Shown: positions 30,385 through 39,658, counted from the stretch's first letter. The stretch is 53,427 nucleotides of DNA from Promethearchaeati archaeon (GCA_013166775.1 JABLTJ010000024.1:1-53427); one strand, 5' to 3'. A program made the numbers and translations. The notes: generated by a model from the letters alone, not told the origin.

Positions 30385-31389
30385 TCACTGTTCGGTTTTC
30401 TTATCTTTTTCCTTTTCCTCATCTATTTTCTCTTTGAGAACCTCAGCCATGTCAACTACTTTGTCATAGAAAGCTTCATACTTCATATCCTCAGTGTAGA
30501 TAATACTTTTCTCCTCAAGTAAGTATTGACTAATCTCATCTTGAACTAATTCGAAGAGCTCAATGAATTCAATTATCTGATTTCTAAGATATCTATCTTC
30601 ACCCTCCATATCGTCAGCGACAACATCAAGAACTTCTTTCGCACCATAGAAATCATCTGTTCCAGAAATCATTTTCCACCCAATTGTAACGAACACATGC
30701 ATCACTCCCCTTTTGGTATAATTCAATCCATCTTTGTAAATATAGAAAAGAATGCTTGTCATACATTCACTTTTTTCCACATACTCCACTATCAATTCTG
30801 TTATCATCATCTGGATAGACTCTTCTTTATCCTTCATGAAAACCGCAAGAGCAGACATAATGTCATCATTTTTTGAGTATCTATAATTATGAGCAACATC
30901 GATCAATCTCTCAAGTAACACTTGTGCTTTTCCGCTTTCAAAATATCCTTTCTCTAACAATTCTTCCAGAAACAGCATGCTTCCTTCAAATCTAAAAATA
31001 TCATAAAATGCATCCTTTATTTCTTCTAGTCTATTTGTTCTTTCTACTCTTTTTTTATCTATCCAATGTAGTTCATAGAATTCATCAGGCATGCTGAGAG
31101 CTTTTGGTTTAATATTATCAATATAGTTTCGGATCCTATAATAGTCTTCTTCTATATTATCCATATAGTCCCTAATCATATCATAGTCTTCTTTAACATG
31201 TGCATACAAATCGAAGAAATAGTAAGGTACAAGGCTTTCAACTTTTTTCTGTTTGAAGTATTTGACTAATTCTTCCTTGTATTTGACAATGTCATGTTTC
31301 TTTTCTTCGATGAACTCTACCAGTTCTACAATGCTCATTTCTTCAAAATCTTCACAAGTTAATTCTGTCATTTTTTGAACCTTTTCCAT
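30385..31389 (-). CDS. Acidic all-helical hypothetical protein (possible HEAT-like repeats)
   Basis: 334 aa, E/D/K/Y/M-rich, no recognisable catalytic motif. Confidence 0.65.
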   Translation of the reverse strand: MEKVQKMTELTCEDFEEMSIVELVEFIEEKKHDIVKYKEELVKYFKQKKVESLVPYYFFDLYAHVKEDYDMIRDYMDNIEEDYYRIRNYIDNIKPKALSMPDEFYELHWIDKKRVERTNRLEEIKDAFYDIFRFEGSMLFLEELLEKGYFESGKAQVLLERLIDVAHNYRYSKNDDIMSALAVFMKDKEESIQMMITELIVEYVEKSECMTSILFYIYKDGLNYTKRGVMHVFVTIGWKMISGTDDFYGAKEVLDVVADDMEGEDRYLRNQIIEFIELFELVQDEISQYLLEEKSIIYTEDMKYEAFYDKVVDMAEVLKEKIDEEKEKDKKTEQ

Positions 31390-31500
31390 TATTTATTCTC
31401 ATAAGAGAAAATAAGATTTTTGCTTATTTTCAATAATCTTAAGTAACTTTCATAGAGAACTCCACTGAAAGTATTCACCATTAAGAAAGAAAAATTGGAG

Positions 31501-31710
31501 TTATGCTCCAATTATACTGAACACATTTGGAATCAACCAATCCGCTATTTTCGCTTTCATCCTTGCATCCGCTTGTGGTCCTACAAACCATCTTAATCCT
31601 TCTATTGTTATTTGCCCCATTTTGTCTTCCAATTCTGAAGAATATCCTTGCAAAGTCCAATGTTCATTTGCCCATACAGTTTCTGTTGTACCATTCTTGT
31701 ATTTAATCAC
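31501..31710 (-). pseudogene. Short ORF, probably a C-terminal gene remnant
   Basis: 69 aa of protein-like, Trp-rich sequence with a GTG start, no SD and an in-frame stop shortly upstream. Confidence 0.35.
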
Positions 31711-31771
31711 AGCTATTGGATTTCGTTAATTTCGATTTTAGTTTTATTTTCATCACAAAAAAACAAAGATA

Positions 31772-31788
31772 TTCTTATAACCTAAGAA
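31772..31788. promoter_or_regulatory. Operator-like palindrome (TTCTTA-N5-TAAGAA variant)
   Basis: ATTCTTA-TAACC-TAAGAAT upstream of R2. Confidence 0.55.
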
Positions 31789-31870
31789 TGATAGAATTTT
31801 TTTTGAGATGTCACTGTCATTTTCATGGAAACTTTTATTAATACGTGAGAATTAATATATTTGAAAACAG

Positions 31871-32575
31871 ATGACGGACTTAGAATTTAGGGATGTAATT
31901 AATTACCAAGAAGAGGGGGTCATGGTAATCAAGGATCCCAAACTTACAAAAATGGTCAAAGACGATAATTATTATTCTGTGCTTTGGGCTCTGAGAGGGG
32001 GACCTCTTACTGTTAAAGAAATCAGTAAAAAGTACAAACAATTTGTTATTCTTAAAGTAGAAAAGATGGGCTTAGAAGGAGAAAAACGGGAAAAAAAGAT
32101 AGAAGAATGTTGTCGTTCTGAGAAGACTATTTATCGCTATCTCAAAGATCTCCTAGAAGCTGGACTAGTTGCAAAAGCTGGTCAACGAGTTATCTTAGGA
32201 AAAACCATAACTGAAAATCTCTTCAGTCGAACTGCAAGAATCTACTTGGTAGAAGAAACTAAAGAAGGTTGGTGGAAGAGTGATGAAAGTAGAAATGTTT
32301 TAGAGCGTGCATCTAGAATACTAAGCTTGGTGAAACACATTCCTCCTCCCTCTTTAGATTGTCTTGCTGAGATAATGGATGAACTTCATAGAGCGAATAA
32401 TGCTGTAATTGTGAAATGGATGGATGAACACTATGAGGATGTTTCACGAATCTTCCTCGAAGGTTCCTTCAATGAAAATGATAAAGTTCTAGCTGTGCTC
32501 AAAACTATTAGTTTGCTTTTGAATTTCGATGATTATGCAAAGAAAGCAGAAGGATGTTTAAAGATACCAAAATGA
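31871..32575 (+). CDS. Winged-helix regulator R2
   Basis: VLWALRGGPLTVKEI...RSEKTIYRYLKDLLEAGLVAKAGQRV. Confidence 0.85.
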   Translation: MTDLEFRDVINYQEEGVMVIKDPKLTKMVKDDNYYSVLWALRGGPLTVKEISKKYKQFVILKVEKMGLEGEKREKKIEECCRSEKTIYRYLKDLLEAGLVAKAGQRVILGKTITENLFSRTARIYLVEETKEGWWKSDESRNVLERASRILSLVKHIPPPSLDCLAEIMDELHRANNAVIVKWMDEHYEDVSRIFLEGSFNENDKVLAVLKTISLLLNFDDYAKKAEGCLKIPK

Positions 32576-32687
32576 GGTGTCTTTCTCACTCATTTTTTAT
32601 TATTTTTAGAAAGGAATTACTTGAAACCTACATTCTTCTTTTATGACAAAATACCATTTTTAGTCGCACAGGAAAATGTGTTTATTT

Positions 32688-32704
32688 TTCTCACACAGTG
32701 AGAA
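32688..32704. promoter_or_regulatory. Operator-like palindrome TTCTCAC-ACA-GTGAGAA
   Basis: Perfect 7-bp arms upstream of R3. Confidence 0.7.
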
Positions 32705-32760
32705 TATAAGTTTAGAAAGACAGATAACTTTATAAACTTTTGTCAAAATTATAGTACAGA

Positions 32761-33465
32761 GTGTTTTATATGGGGAAACAAGAATTTCAAGATATTGTGA
32801 CTTTTGAACAAAAAGGTGTAGAAGTAATCAAAGACAAAAAATTGATAGATGTTTTTTATGATGAAGGTTATTCTCCTGTGCTTTGGGCATTAAGAGATCA
32901 ACCTTTAACTGTTAAAGAGATTTTAAAAAAGTATAACCAATACGTTGTACTTAATGTGGCAAAAATGGAGTTATCTGCAAAGGATAAAAAAGAAAAAACC
33001 GTAGCTACACAACGTTCTGAAAAAACTATCTACAGATACTTGAAAGATCTTGAAAATTTGGGATTAGTAGCTAAAGCAGGTCAAAGAGTAGTTATAGGCA
33101 AAACAGCAACAGAGAATCTCTTCTGTAGAACAGCAAGAATATTTTTGCTTGAAGATGTAAAAGTAGGTTGGTGGGAATGTGAAGAGAGTGAAGTTATTCT
33201 AGATAGAGTATCAAGAATCATAGGAATAGATAACAAAGGAAAACCACCTGAAGTAGAATGCTTATCCAAACTCATGAATAAAGTTGAAAAACTTGAATCC
33301 GGAGATGTTTTTAGATTACTTGATGAACATTACGAAGAAGTTTCAAAAATCATTCTTGAGGGTACTTTTAAAGAAAATAATATGTTACTTAAAGCTTTAC
33401 GGACTATAGCATTTTTGAAAAATGCAGATAAATACGTTGATGAGCTAAAAGATTGTATAGGGTAG
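32761..33465 (+). CDS. Winged-helix regulator R3
   Basis: RSEKTIYRYLKDLENLGLVAKAGQRV; close paralog of R2. Confidence 0.85.
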   Translation: MFYMGKQEFQDIVTFEQKGVEVIKDKKLIDVFYDEGYSPVLWALRDQPLTVKEILKKYNQYVVLNVAKMELSAKDKKEKTVATQRSEKTIYRYLKDLENLGLVAKAGQRVVIGKTATENLFCRTARIFLLEDVKVGWWECEESEVILDRVSRIIGIDNKGKPPEVECLSKLMNKVEKLESGDVFRLLDEHYEEVSKIILEGTFKENNMLLKALRTIAFLKNADKYVDELKDCIG

Positions 33466-33493
33466 ATTTATTTTCTTTTTTTCAAGGTTAATT

Positions 33494-33510
33494 TTCTCAC
33501 CAAATGAGAC
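33494..33510. promoter_or_regulatory. Operator-like palindrome TTCTCA-CCAAA-TGAGAC
   Basis: Same 17-bp geometry, upstream of R4. Confidence 0.6.
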
Positions 33511-33610
33511 ATACATCTTATTTTTGAATATATTTATCTCGCAAAATGTAAAGACTTTTAAATGATTTATAACACTTATTAATTAAGAAATTAATTAAAA
33601 TGTGAAATAA

Positions 33611-34291
33611 ATGCAATTTAGAGATATTATTACCGTTGAACAACAACCTGTTTTGATAATTGGAAACGAAGATACAATTGAATATAAAGATGTAAAAACT
33701 GGCGAAAAAAAATCGGTTTTTACATCTAATCTCCTCATCGATCCTCTTTACAGTCCGATTTTGACTGCATTAAAGAAAGGACCTTTAACAGTTAGAGAGT
33801 TAGAGATAGAATATAAGAAACTTGCCAATGAACCTAAATCAGATAAAACCCTTTATCGTTATTTGAAATTCTTAGAAAAAGCAGGTTTAGTCACTCCAGC
33901 AGGTCAAAGAGTAACTGTTGGTAAGACTGCTACTGAAGCTCTCTATGCAAGAACAGCGAAATTGTTCTTCTCTTCATTTGCAGCAAATGATCTCTGGGAA
34001 TGTTCATTCTGTAATACAGTTTTAGGAAAAGTTGCAGAAATTTTGAGTCTGAGAGAGGATATGCCTAAACAAGACACAGAATGTGTGAAGAACTTGATGA
34101 CTTCTGTAGATGGTTATATATTCAATGAATTATCGGATTTTTACAGCAAGCACTTTGAAGAAATAGCTGAAATTACTAAAGATAGCAACTCTTATGAGAT
34201 GAGTAGAATTACTGATGTTCTTGGAACAATTTTATTACTCAATCAGCCTAAATCTTTTGAAAAACCACTTGAAGAATGCTTAAAAGCTTAG
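33611..34291 (+). CDS. Winged-helix regulator R4
   Basis: ILTALKKGPLTVREL...KSDKTLYRYLKFLEKAGLVTPAGQRV. Confidence 0.85.
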   Translation: MQFRDIITVEQQPVLIIGNEDTIEYKDVKTGEKKSVFTSNLLIDPLYSPILTALKKGPLTVRELEIEYKKLANEPKSDKTLYRYLKFLEKAGLVTPAGQRVTVGKTATEALYARTAKLFFSSFAANDLWECSFCNTVLGKVAEILSLREDMPKQDTECVKNLMTSVDGYIFNELSDFYSKHFEEIAEITKDSNSYEMSRITDVLGTILLLNQPKSFEKPLEECLKA

Positions 34292-34344
34292 TTTAAGCTT
34301 TTTTCGTCTAGGTTAAATATATATAGTAGTTTTTTCTAGCCTTT

Positions 34345-34668
34345 TTGATGACAAAAGTAGCCTATCATCTGCTCTGTGATTGTAAAGATGCAGTGAACGC
34401 CTATTCTTGTCCAGTAGGTATCTTAAAACCTACAACACTAAATCAATACGATTATTATCGCTGTAATTATTGCAACTATGACTACATTTGTGACCATTCT
34501 ATTAAGATTGAGTTTACTTATGATGATAAAGGCCTTCCAGAGCAGAATACAATTGTTTGTAGTCGCTGTGGAACTCAAGTTGAAGTTTATACATGGCCTA
34601 TGGACAGTGAATCTATAGATAACGTCTATGTAAGTCGTTATGTAAGTATCTACAAACGCAACTACTAA
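34345..34668 (+). CDS. Small Cys-rich putative zinc-binding protein (paralog of 5210-5467)
   Basis: HLLCDCK...CP...CNYC...C...CSRC...WP. Confidence 0.75.
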   Translation: MMTKVAYHLLCDCKDAVNAYSCPVGILKPTTLNQYDYYRCNYCNYDYICDHSIKIEFTYDDKGLPEQNTIVCSRCGTQVEVYTWPMDSESIDNVYVSRYVSIYKRNY

Positions 34669-34684
34669 TTCTATGTAAGGCAAA

Positions 34685-35566
34685 CTAAGAGGAAGGGATC
34701 TGTGTTTCCTCAACAATCACTTTTGTTTTTGATTTCTTTCTCTTATTTAGTCTACTAAATGTCACTAAAACTGCTGACAATACTAAATAATACCCCACAT
34801 ACGTAATCAATTCAAGCCACGTTGGTTTGTCTTGATAGCCAAATAATGCGCGTAAGAATAATCCTAGTTCATTTGTCTTATCATTTAACACTCCACTAGT
34901 ATCCCAGACCACTTGTTGAAAGAAATGATTCTCCGAACCAAACCAGCCTAATTCTTGTAATTCATGAATACCATGAGCTAGCATTCCTGCTGCGAATATC
35001 AGAAGAATAATACTTGTAATATTAAAGAAAATCTTCAAGTTGATCCTTTTACCACTTAAGAAAATTAATAGAGCGATTATCACAGCAATAACTATTCCAA
35101 AAAGACCAGACCAGAGTATCGCTATTGGAGCTTCACCTGAAGATTCTATTCCTGCTAGAAAAATCACAGTTTCGATGCCTTCACGAAAAACAGAGATGAA
35201 TGCTAAACTTATTATTCCTAATCTTTGCTGACTTCTGATTGATTTTTCGATTTTCGATTCTAGTTTTTCTTGAATATCTCTTCCTGTTCTTCTCATCCAG
35301 ACAATCATCCATGAAAGGAGGATTGCAGCGAAAATCATTGAAAAACCTTCTATTATCTCTTCGTATTGTTCAAATCCACCTAAAAGATAATTGAAAGCAA
35401 AAGCAGCACCAATCGAAACAATTATTCCAATTGCTGTACCTATCCAGATATCTTTCCTTAATTTTCTTTGTTCGATCTTAATCACATAAACTAGCAAAAT
35501 GCCTACAATTAATGCAGCTTCTATTGTTTCTCTAAGAGTTATTAGAAAGCTTACAACACTGAACAT
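34685..35566 (-). CDS. FTR1-family iron permease
   Basis: Two RExxE motifs (RETIE, REGIE), GIHELQE, LFGY. Confidence 0.92.
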   Translation of the reverse strand: MFSVVSFLITLRETIEAALIVGILLVYVIKIEQRKLRKDIWIGTAIGIIVSIGAAFAFNYLLGGFEQYEEIIEGFSMIFAAILLSWMIVWMRRTGRDIQEKLESKIEKSIRSQQRLGIISLAFISVFREGIETVIFLAGIESSGEAPIAILWSGLFGIVIAVIIALLIFLSGKRINLKIFFNITSIILLIFAAGMLAHGIHELQELGWFGSENHFFQQVVWDTSGVLNDKTNELGLFLRALFGYQDKPTWLELITYVGYYLVLSAVLVTFSRLNKRKKSKTKVIVEETQIPSS

Positions 35567-35719
35567 AACAAGTCTCCCAAAAGATATTCTGTTTTAACGA
35601 GAGCACGAAAGATTGTTATAAATACTTGGATTTACCAAAAATTAAGATAATCTATTTAACTGGCATTTACTTCCAGTAACTTTTATCAATGACTAGGTAA
35701 TTTTCTATTTGTTATTAAA

Positions 35720-36532
35720 ATGAAGAAGCAAGTAAAATATGAAATAAAAAAATTTTCGCCAATAAGACAAATTCTTTCCGATTTCAACGATGAAGCAGCA
35801 AGCATGCCTCATGTATTAGGTTTGCTTGAGATTGATGTAACAGATGCACGAAGAATTATCAAGGAAGTCCAAGAACGAGAAGGACTCAAACTTTCTTTTA
35901 CAGGTTGGATAGCTAAATGTATAGGAGATGCAGTAAAAGAAAATAAGAGACTCAATTCTTTTCTCAAAGGCAGATCGAAGATAATTATTTTTGAGAATGT
36001 TGATATTAGCATAATGATTGAGATAAAAAACGAAAAGGGTCAGGAAATTCCTTATAACCATATAATTAGAAAAATTGAAACAAAAAATATTAGAGAGATT
36101 ACAGAGGAGATTCGTTCAGTTCAGAATAGAAAAATAGAAGGAAAAGATCAAGTACGTGGAAGATCATCCATTGCTCTTAAGATATATAGTTTTGTTCCTA
36201 AATTTATACGAAGGATGATTATGAAAATATTGTTAAGAAATCCATTTTATATTCAAAAGACTGCTGGTACAGTTGGACTAACAACTGTTGGAATGTTTAT
36301 TAAGAAAGTTGGTGGTTGGGCTATACCTTATGCTATTAAAACATTAAGTGTAGCTGTTGCGGGTATTAAAGAAAAACCAGCTATTGTTGATGATAAAATA
36401 GAAAAACGAGACATTGCTAATGTAACTTTCTTAGTAGATCACAATTTAGTAGATGGAGCACCCTCTACAAGGTTTATTGCAAGAGTTGTGGATTTAATGG
36501 AAAGCGCTTATGGTTTGGAAGAATTTGTTTAA
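35720..36532 (+). CDS. 2-oxoacid dehydrogenase E2 acyltransferase, catalytic domain only
   Basis: EIDVT, DHNLVDGA; no lipoyl domain. Confidence 0.85.
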   Translation: MKKQVKYEIKKFSPIRQILSDFNDEAASMPHVLGLLEIDVTDARRIIKEVQEREGLKLSFTGWIAKCIGDAVKENKRLNSFLKGRSKIIIFENVDISIMIEIKNEKGQEIPYNHIIRKIETKNIREITEEIRSVQNRKIEGKDQVRGRSSIALKIYSFVPKFIRRMIMKILLRNPFYIQKTAGTVGLTTVGMFIKKVGGWAIPYAIKTLSVAVAGIKEKPAIVDDKIEKRDIANVTFLVDHNLVDGAPSTRFIARVVDLMESAYGLEEFV

Positions 36533-36731
36533 ACTAGCTATTAAACACTGGTGGAATCTCCATGTACAATTTTAAATTACGGTCCTGGATGTTTAGCAGC
36601 TTCTGCAATAGTTCTGTTTCTGCTTTATTTCTTTGGTTTGCTTTTAGTTATAAAATCAATACCATACATAAAGAAGTAGATAAATCTAAGAAAAAATAAA
36701 TAAAGCAAATAATTAGATTTACTTAATGTAT

Positions 36732-36956
36732 TCACAGCTTGTATCCCTTGTACAAAACTCTGAATATCTCTTCTCTCGATCCCCCATGTTTTGTGATAAC
36801 ATCAGAGATTATTGCTGATAATAATTGAATCTCCTTTGCATTAAACCCATTCTCATCCAAATTATCTTGAAATTTTCGCATGGCAGTAAATTTATTGATT
36901 CCAGGATCTATTCTATCCTTGTAAAACTCTTTAATTTCATCTAGTAGATAACTCAT
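36732..36956 (-). CDS. Small hypothetical helical protein
   Basis: 74 aa, ATG start, amphipathic composition. Confidence 0.55.
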   Translation of the reverse strand: MSYLLDEIKEFYKDRIDPGINKFTAMRKFQDNLDENGFNAKEIQLLSAIISDVITKHGGSREEIFRVLYKGYKL

Positions 36957-37025
36957 GGATTTTCACTACAAAATATTAATCTAGAATTTAAAACATATAG
37001 TTAGAGGAAAGAAAAAGAATGAGTA

Positions 37026-37811
37026 CTAAGTAGTTGGTTTTGCTACAATATTTTTGAACCAATCTGGCATAATATATCCTAGATACCCAAGTCCTAATCC
37101 TATTGCTGCTAAAGTAAAACCGATGTAGTATAATGGTGAGTACCCTAGTTCAAATGCTGTAACATTTGCTACTAAGATTGTATCCCCAGCTAATGTTACA
37201 AACATTAATATCATACATACACCAAAAGTTCCTATTAAATGGAAACCAACCTTAGGTAGTCTATCTGTGTTTAGAACACCTTCTCTTATTCCAAAATAAG
37301 CCAATAGTCCGTAACTGAGTATAGATACTATTCCATAATAATAGAGAATATATGTTGATTCTCTTAATTTACCAAAACTTGGATCAGCTACCCATTCGTT
37401 AATTTTTGGAATAATCAAACCTATTACTACCCCATTAAACAAACTGAAGGGAAGAATGAATTCAGTTCCTTTGTGAAAGAAAACAGAGTCTATGAATGCT
37501 ATCACAAAGCAATTTGCTATAGCTAGAAAGACATAGCTCAATAATGTGCATACATCTGTAAAACTCTTATCTAAATAATCAATATTTATTATTAAAAATC
37601 CTAACCATCTTCCTATTGTATCTACTATCAGTGCAACAGAGAAGAACGTGAAAGTTAATCCTAAATACATGACAGGTTTCTTTTTTCTTTCCACGTATTT
37701 CTTCCATAAAAAGAAAGTTATTAAAGCCAAAGCTACCACGACTAGGAATTCATAAATCACTGCTGAAATTGGAATTTTATTTCTCCATAACATAGCCATA
37801 TTTATCACCAC
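37026..37811 (-). CDS. 7-TM membrane protein
   Basis: Seven hydrophobic segments, C-terminal GYIMPDWFK; coupled to the upstream longin-like gene. Confidence 0.75.
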   Translation of the reverse strand: MVINMAMLWRNKIPISAVIYEFLVVVALALITFFLWKKYVERKKKPVMYLGLTFTFFSVALIVDTIGRWLGFLIINIDYLDKSFTDVCTLLSYVFLAIANCFVIAFIDSVFFHKGTEFILPFSLFNGVVIGLIIPKINEWVADPSFGKLRESTYILYYYGIVSILSYGLLAYFGIREGVLNTDRLPKVGFHLIGTFGVCMILMFVTLAGDTILVANVTAFELGYSPLYYIGFTLAAIGLGLGYLGYIMPDWFKNIVAKPTT

Positions 37812-38251
37812 AAAGAATCAGAAGCTATTTTTGTTGCTTTTCTTTTGGATAATTCTTTTTCTCCTTTTAATATCATAGAAGTAATGAGTTTTCTTATGTC
37901 TTTTAATTGTGCATCGGTTAGCAGATTATAATCAGATAAATCATCGTACTTTTCATCTAATTCTTCTAGTATTCCTGCTGTAATTTCATGCATTAAATCT
38001 CTTTCTTCAGTTTCTGTAGATTCTCTAACTAGAGCTACTGCGAATTCATCTTCTAATTCTATGAAAATTTCGAACTTCTTTGTATCTATTAATTTCGGAA
38101 CACCAACATCTATTTCTTGCATCGCTGTCTGAATTGCTGATAATATTCCACTAAAAAGAGCTACCTCACCAAATTCTTCATCTTTAGCTTTTTTTCCAAC
38201 TGCAATTATCGGTAATCCATTTCTAGACATGATATAGACAGCTTGAATCAT
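37805..38251 (-). CDS. Longin/Roadblock-like domain protein
   Basis: MIQAVYIMSRNGLPI (beta-hairpin), LFSGILSAIQTAMQEI (helix), three strands, C-terminal helix. Confidence 0.7.
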   Translation of the reverse strand: MIQAVYIMSRNGLPIIAVGKKAKDEEFGEVALFSGILSAIQTAMQEIDVGVPKLIDTKKFEIFIELEDEFAVALVRESTETEERDLMHEITAGILEELDEKYDDLSDYNLLTDAQLKDIRKLITSMILKGEKELSKRKATKIASDSLW

Positions 38252-38443
38252 CCATGAAGAAGATTGTTTACTTGCATTTAAATGTGACGCTAATTTGTGT
38301 AGAAAGCGAAATTATGGCTCTTTTTGTATTCATCTCAGAATCATAAAATAGATTCGGGATTTAAACAGTACATCTTGTTCTCGAAACTAACTTACGAATT
38401 TTAAAGCAAAGTATATTAAGGAATAATTTCTTTCTTCTCTTCA

Positions 38444-39052
38444 ATGGGTCGGATTTTAAAGGAGAGAAAAGCATTACTCACATCTATACTCATCTTAAGT
38501 ATCATCATATCATTTTCTCTTGGTTTAACTACGTATGCAGAAGATCCAGAAGATCCAGAAGATCCAGAAGATCCAGAAGACGAAGGTGATGATGATGGTG
38601 AAGATTTTGCCAAGGACCTAGCTTATGTTTCAATAGGTTTGTTTGCTGCAAGTGGGTTGACGATTGTAATATATTTTACAAACAAATATTCTAGAAGATT
38701 ACTCAAGGGAGATGGAAATCAAGAGGCTAGAAATTGGATAAGTAAAAACTATATTAAAATTCGAAAACCGCTGAATTATATCCATTATTTAGTAGGTTTT
38801 GGAGCACTGACGGTTCTTTTTATTCATGGGATATACCTTTCTACCAAAGATGAGACTTTGGTTGCTATAGGATGGGTAACAGCTGCTGCCTATACATTTT
38901 ATGTAATCTCTGGTCTTATAATTTGGTTGAAAATCAAACCCTTTTGGAATTTTAAAAAAGCAATGAAAATCTTGAATAAAATCCATCAAAGTGTTATCAT
39001 GTTTTCCAGTATTGTAATTATCCACATCTTACATCTCATTTTAGCTGATTAA
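38444..39052 (+). CDS. Membrane protein with acidic EDP-repeat linker and intramembrane His residues
   Basis: Signal/TM, (EDP)4, 4 TM segments with IHY..G, HG, IHQ, IH..H; cytochrome-b/ferric-reductase-like spacing (inference). Confidence 0.6.
   Translation: MGRILKERKALLTSILILSIIISFSLGLTTYAEDPEDPEDPEDPEDEGDDDGEDFAKDLAYVSIGLFAASGLTIVIYFTNKYSRRLLKGDGNQEARNWISKNYIKIRKPLNYIHYLVGFGALTVLFIHGIYLSTKDETLVAIGWVTAAAYTFYVISGLIIWLKIKPFWNFKKAMKILNKIHQSVIMFSSIVIIHILHLILAD
38540..38580 (+). repeat. 9-bp tandem repeat (GAAGATCCA)x4.5
   Basis: Seen directly; encodes EDPEDPEDPEDPED. Confidence 0.95.
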
Positions 39053-39143
39053 TACATATTTTTTATGAAATAAAAGAAAGTCTATTTTAATAAATTTTTG
39101 GCAAAAGTAAAAACTTATATTCTACTTAAACACATTCTAAGTC

Positions 39144-39542
39144 ATGTCAACAACGATTACAGCAACACCAAAACCAACAGAATCTAAGTGGATATTCACT
39201 GGATACTGGGACGCACTCATAGGTGGATTCATACTAATAATACAAGGATTCTTGGCATTCTTTTCTCAATTATCTGGAGGACTTGGAGTCTTTGGAGGAA
39301 TGTCATTTTTCGCATTAACTGAAGTCTGGTGGCTCAGTGCTCTCCTTTCTTTACTACTTGGTATTTTAGTTCTTTTCTTAATATGGAAATGGCTATTAGA
39401 TAAAATAGGAATGAAACCTTTAATTAAAGACACTATGTGGTTAGGAATTATTCTTCTAATTATTGGTCTAATAACTGGAGGTACTGGAGGAGTCCTTGTA
39501 TTTATTGGTGGGATTTTCTATCTTTTGAGTCTGTCAAAATAG
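39144..39542 (+). CDS. Small Gly-rich membrane protein (tandem paralog 1)
   Basis: GYWDALIGGFILIIQG...GGTGGVLVFIGGI. Confidence 0.75.
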   Translation: MSTTITATPKPTESKWIFTGYWDALIGGFILIIQGFLAFFSQLSGGLGVFGGMSFFALTEVWWLSALLSLLLGILVLFLIWKWLLDKIGMKPLIKDTMWLGIILLIIGLITGGTGGVLVFIGGIFYLLSLSK

Positions 39543-39658
39543 AATTATAACACAACCTTTCCTTTTTTTTCTTAAATTTTTATTGTTTCATAAATCTTTA
39601 TCACTACTTAAACACAGTTAAAAAAAAAATTTATTAAGTATGAAAACAATCCTATTTC

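Noticed and set aside
36551-36698. Two overlapping ~42-45-codon plus-strand ORFs, one hydrophobic
   Set aside because: No clear SD or homolog in the window, and I cannot decide which frame, if either, is real.
38540-38580. Repeat considered as CRISPR-like
   Set aside because: No spacers; an in-frame coding minisatellite. No cas genes or repeat-spacer arrays were seen in the window.
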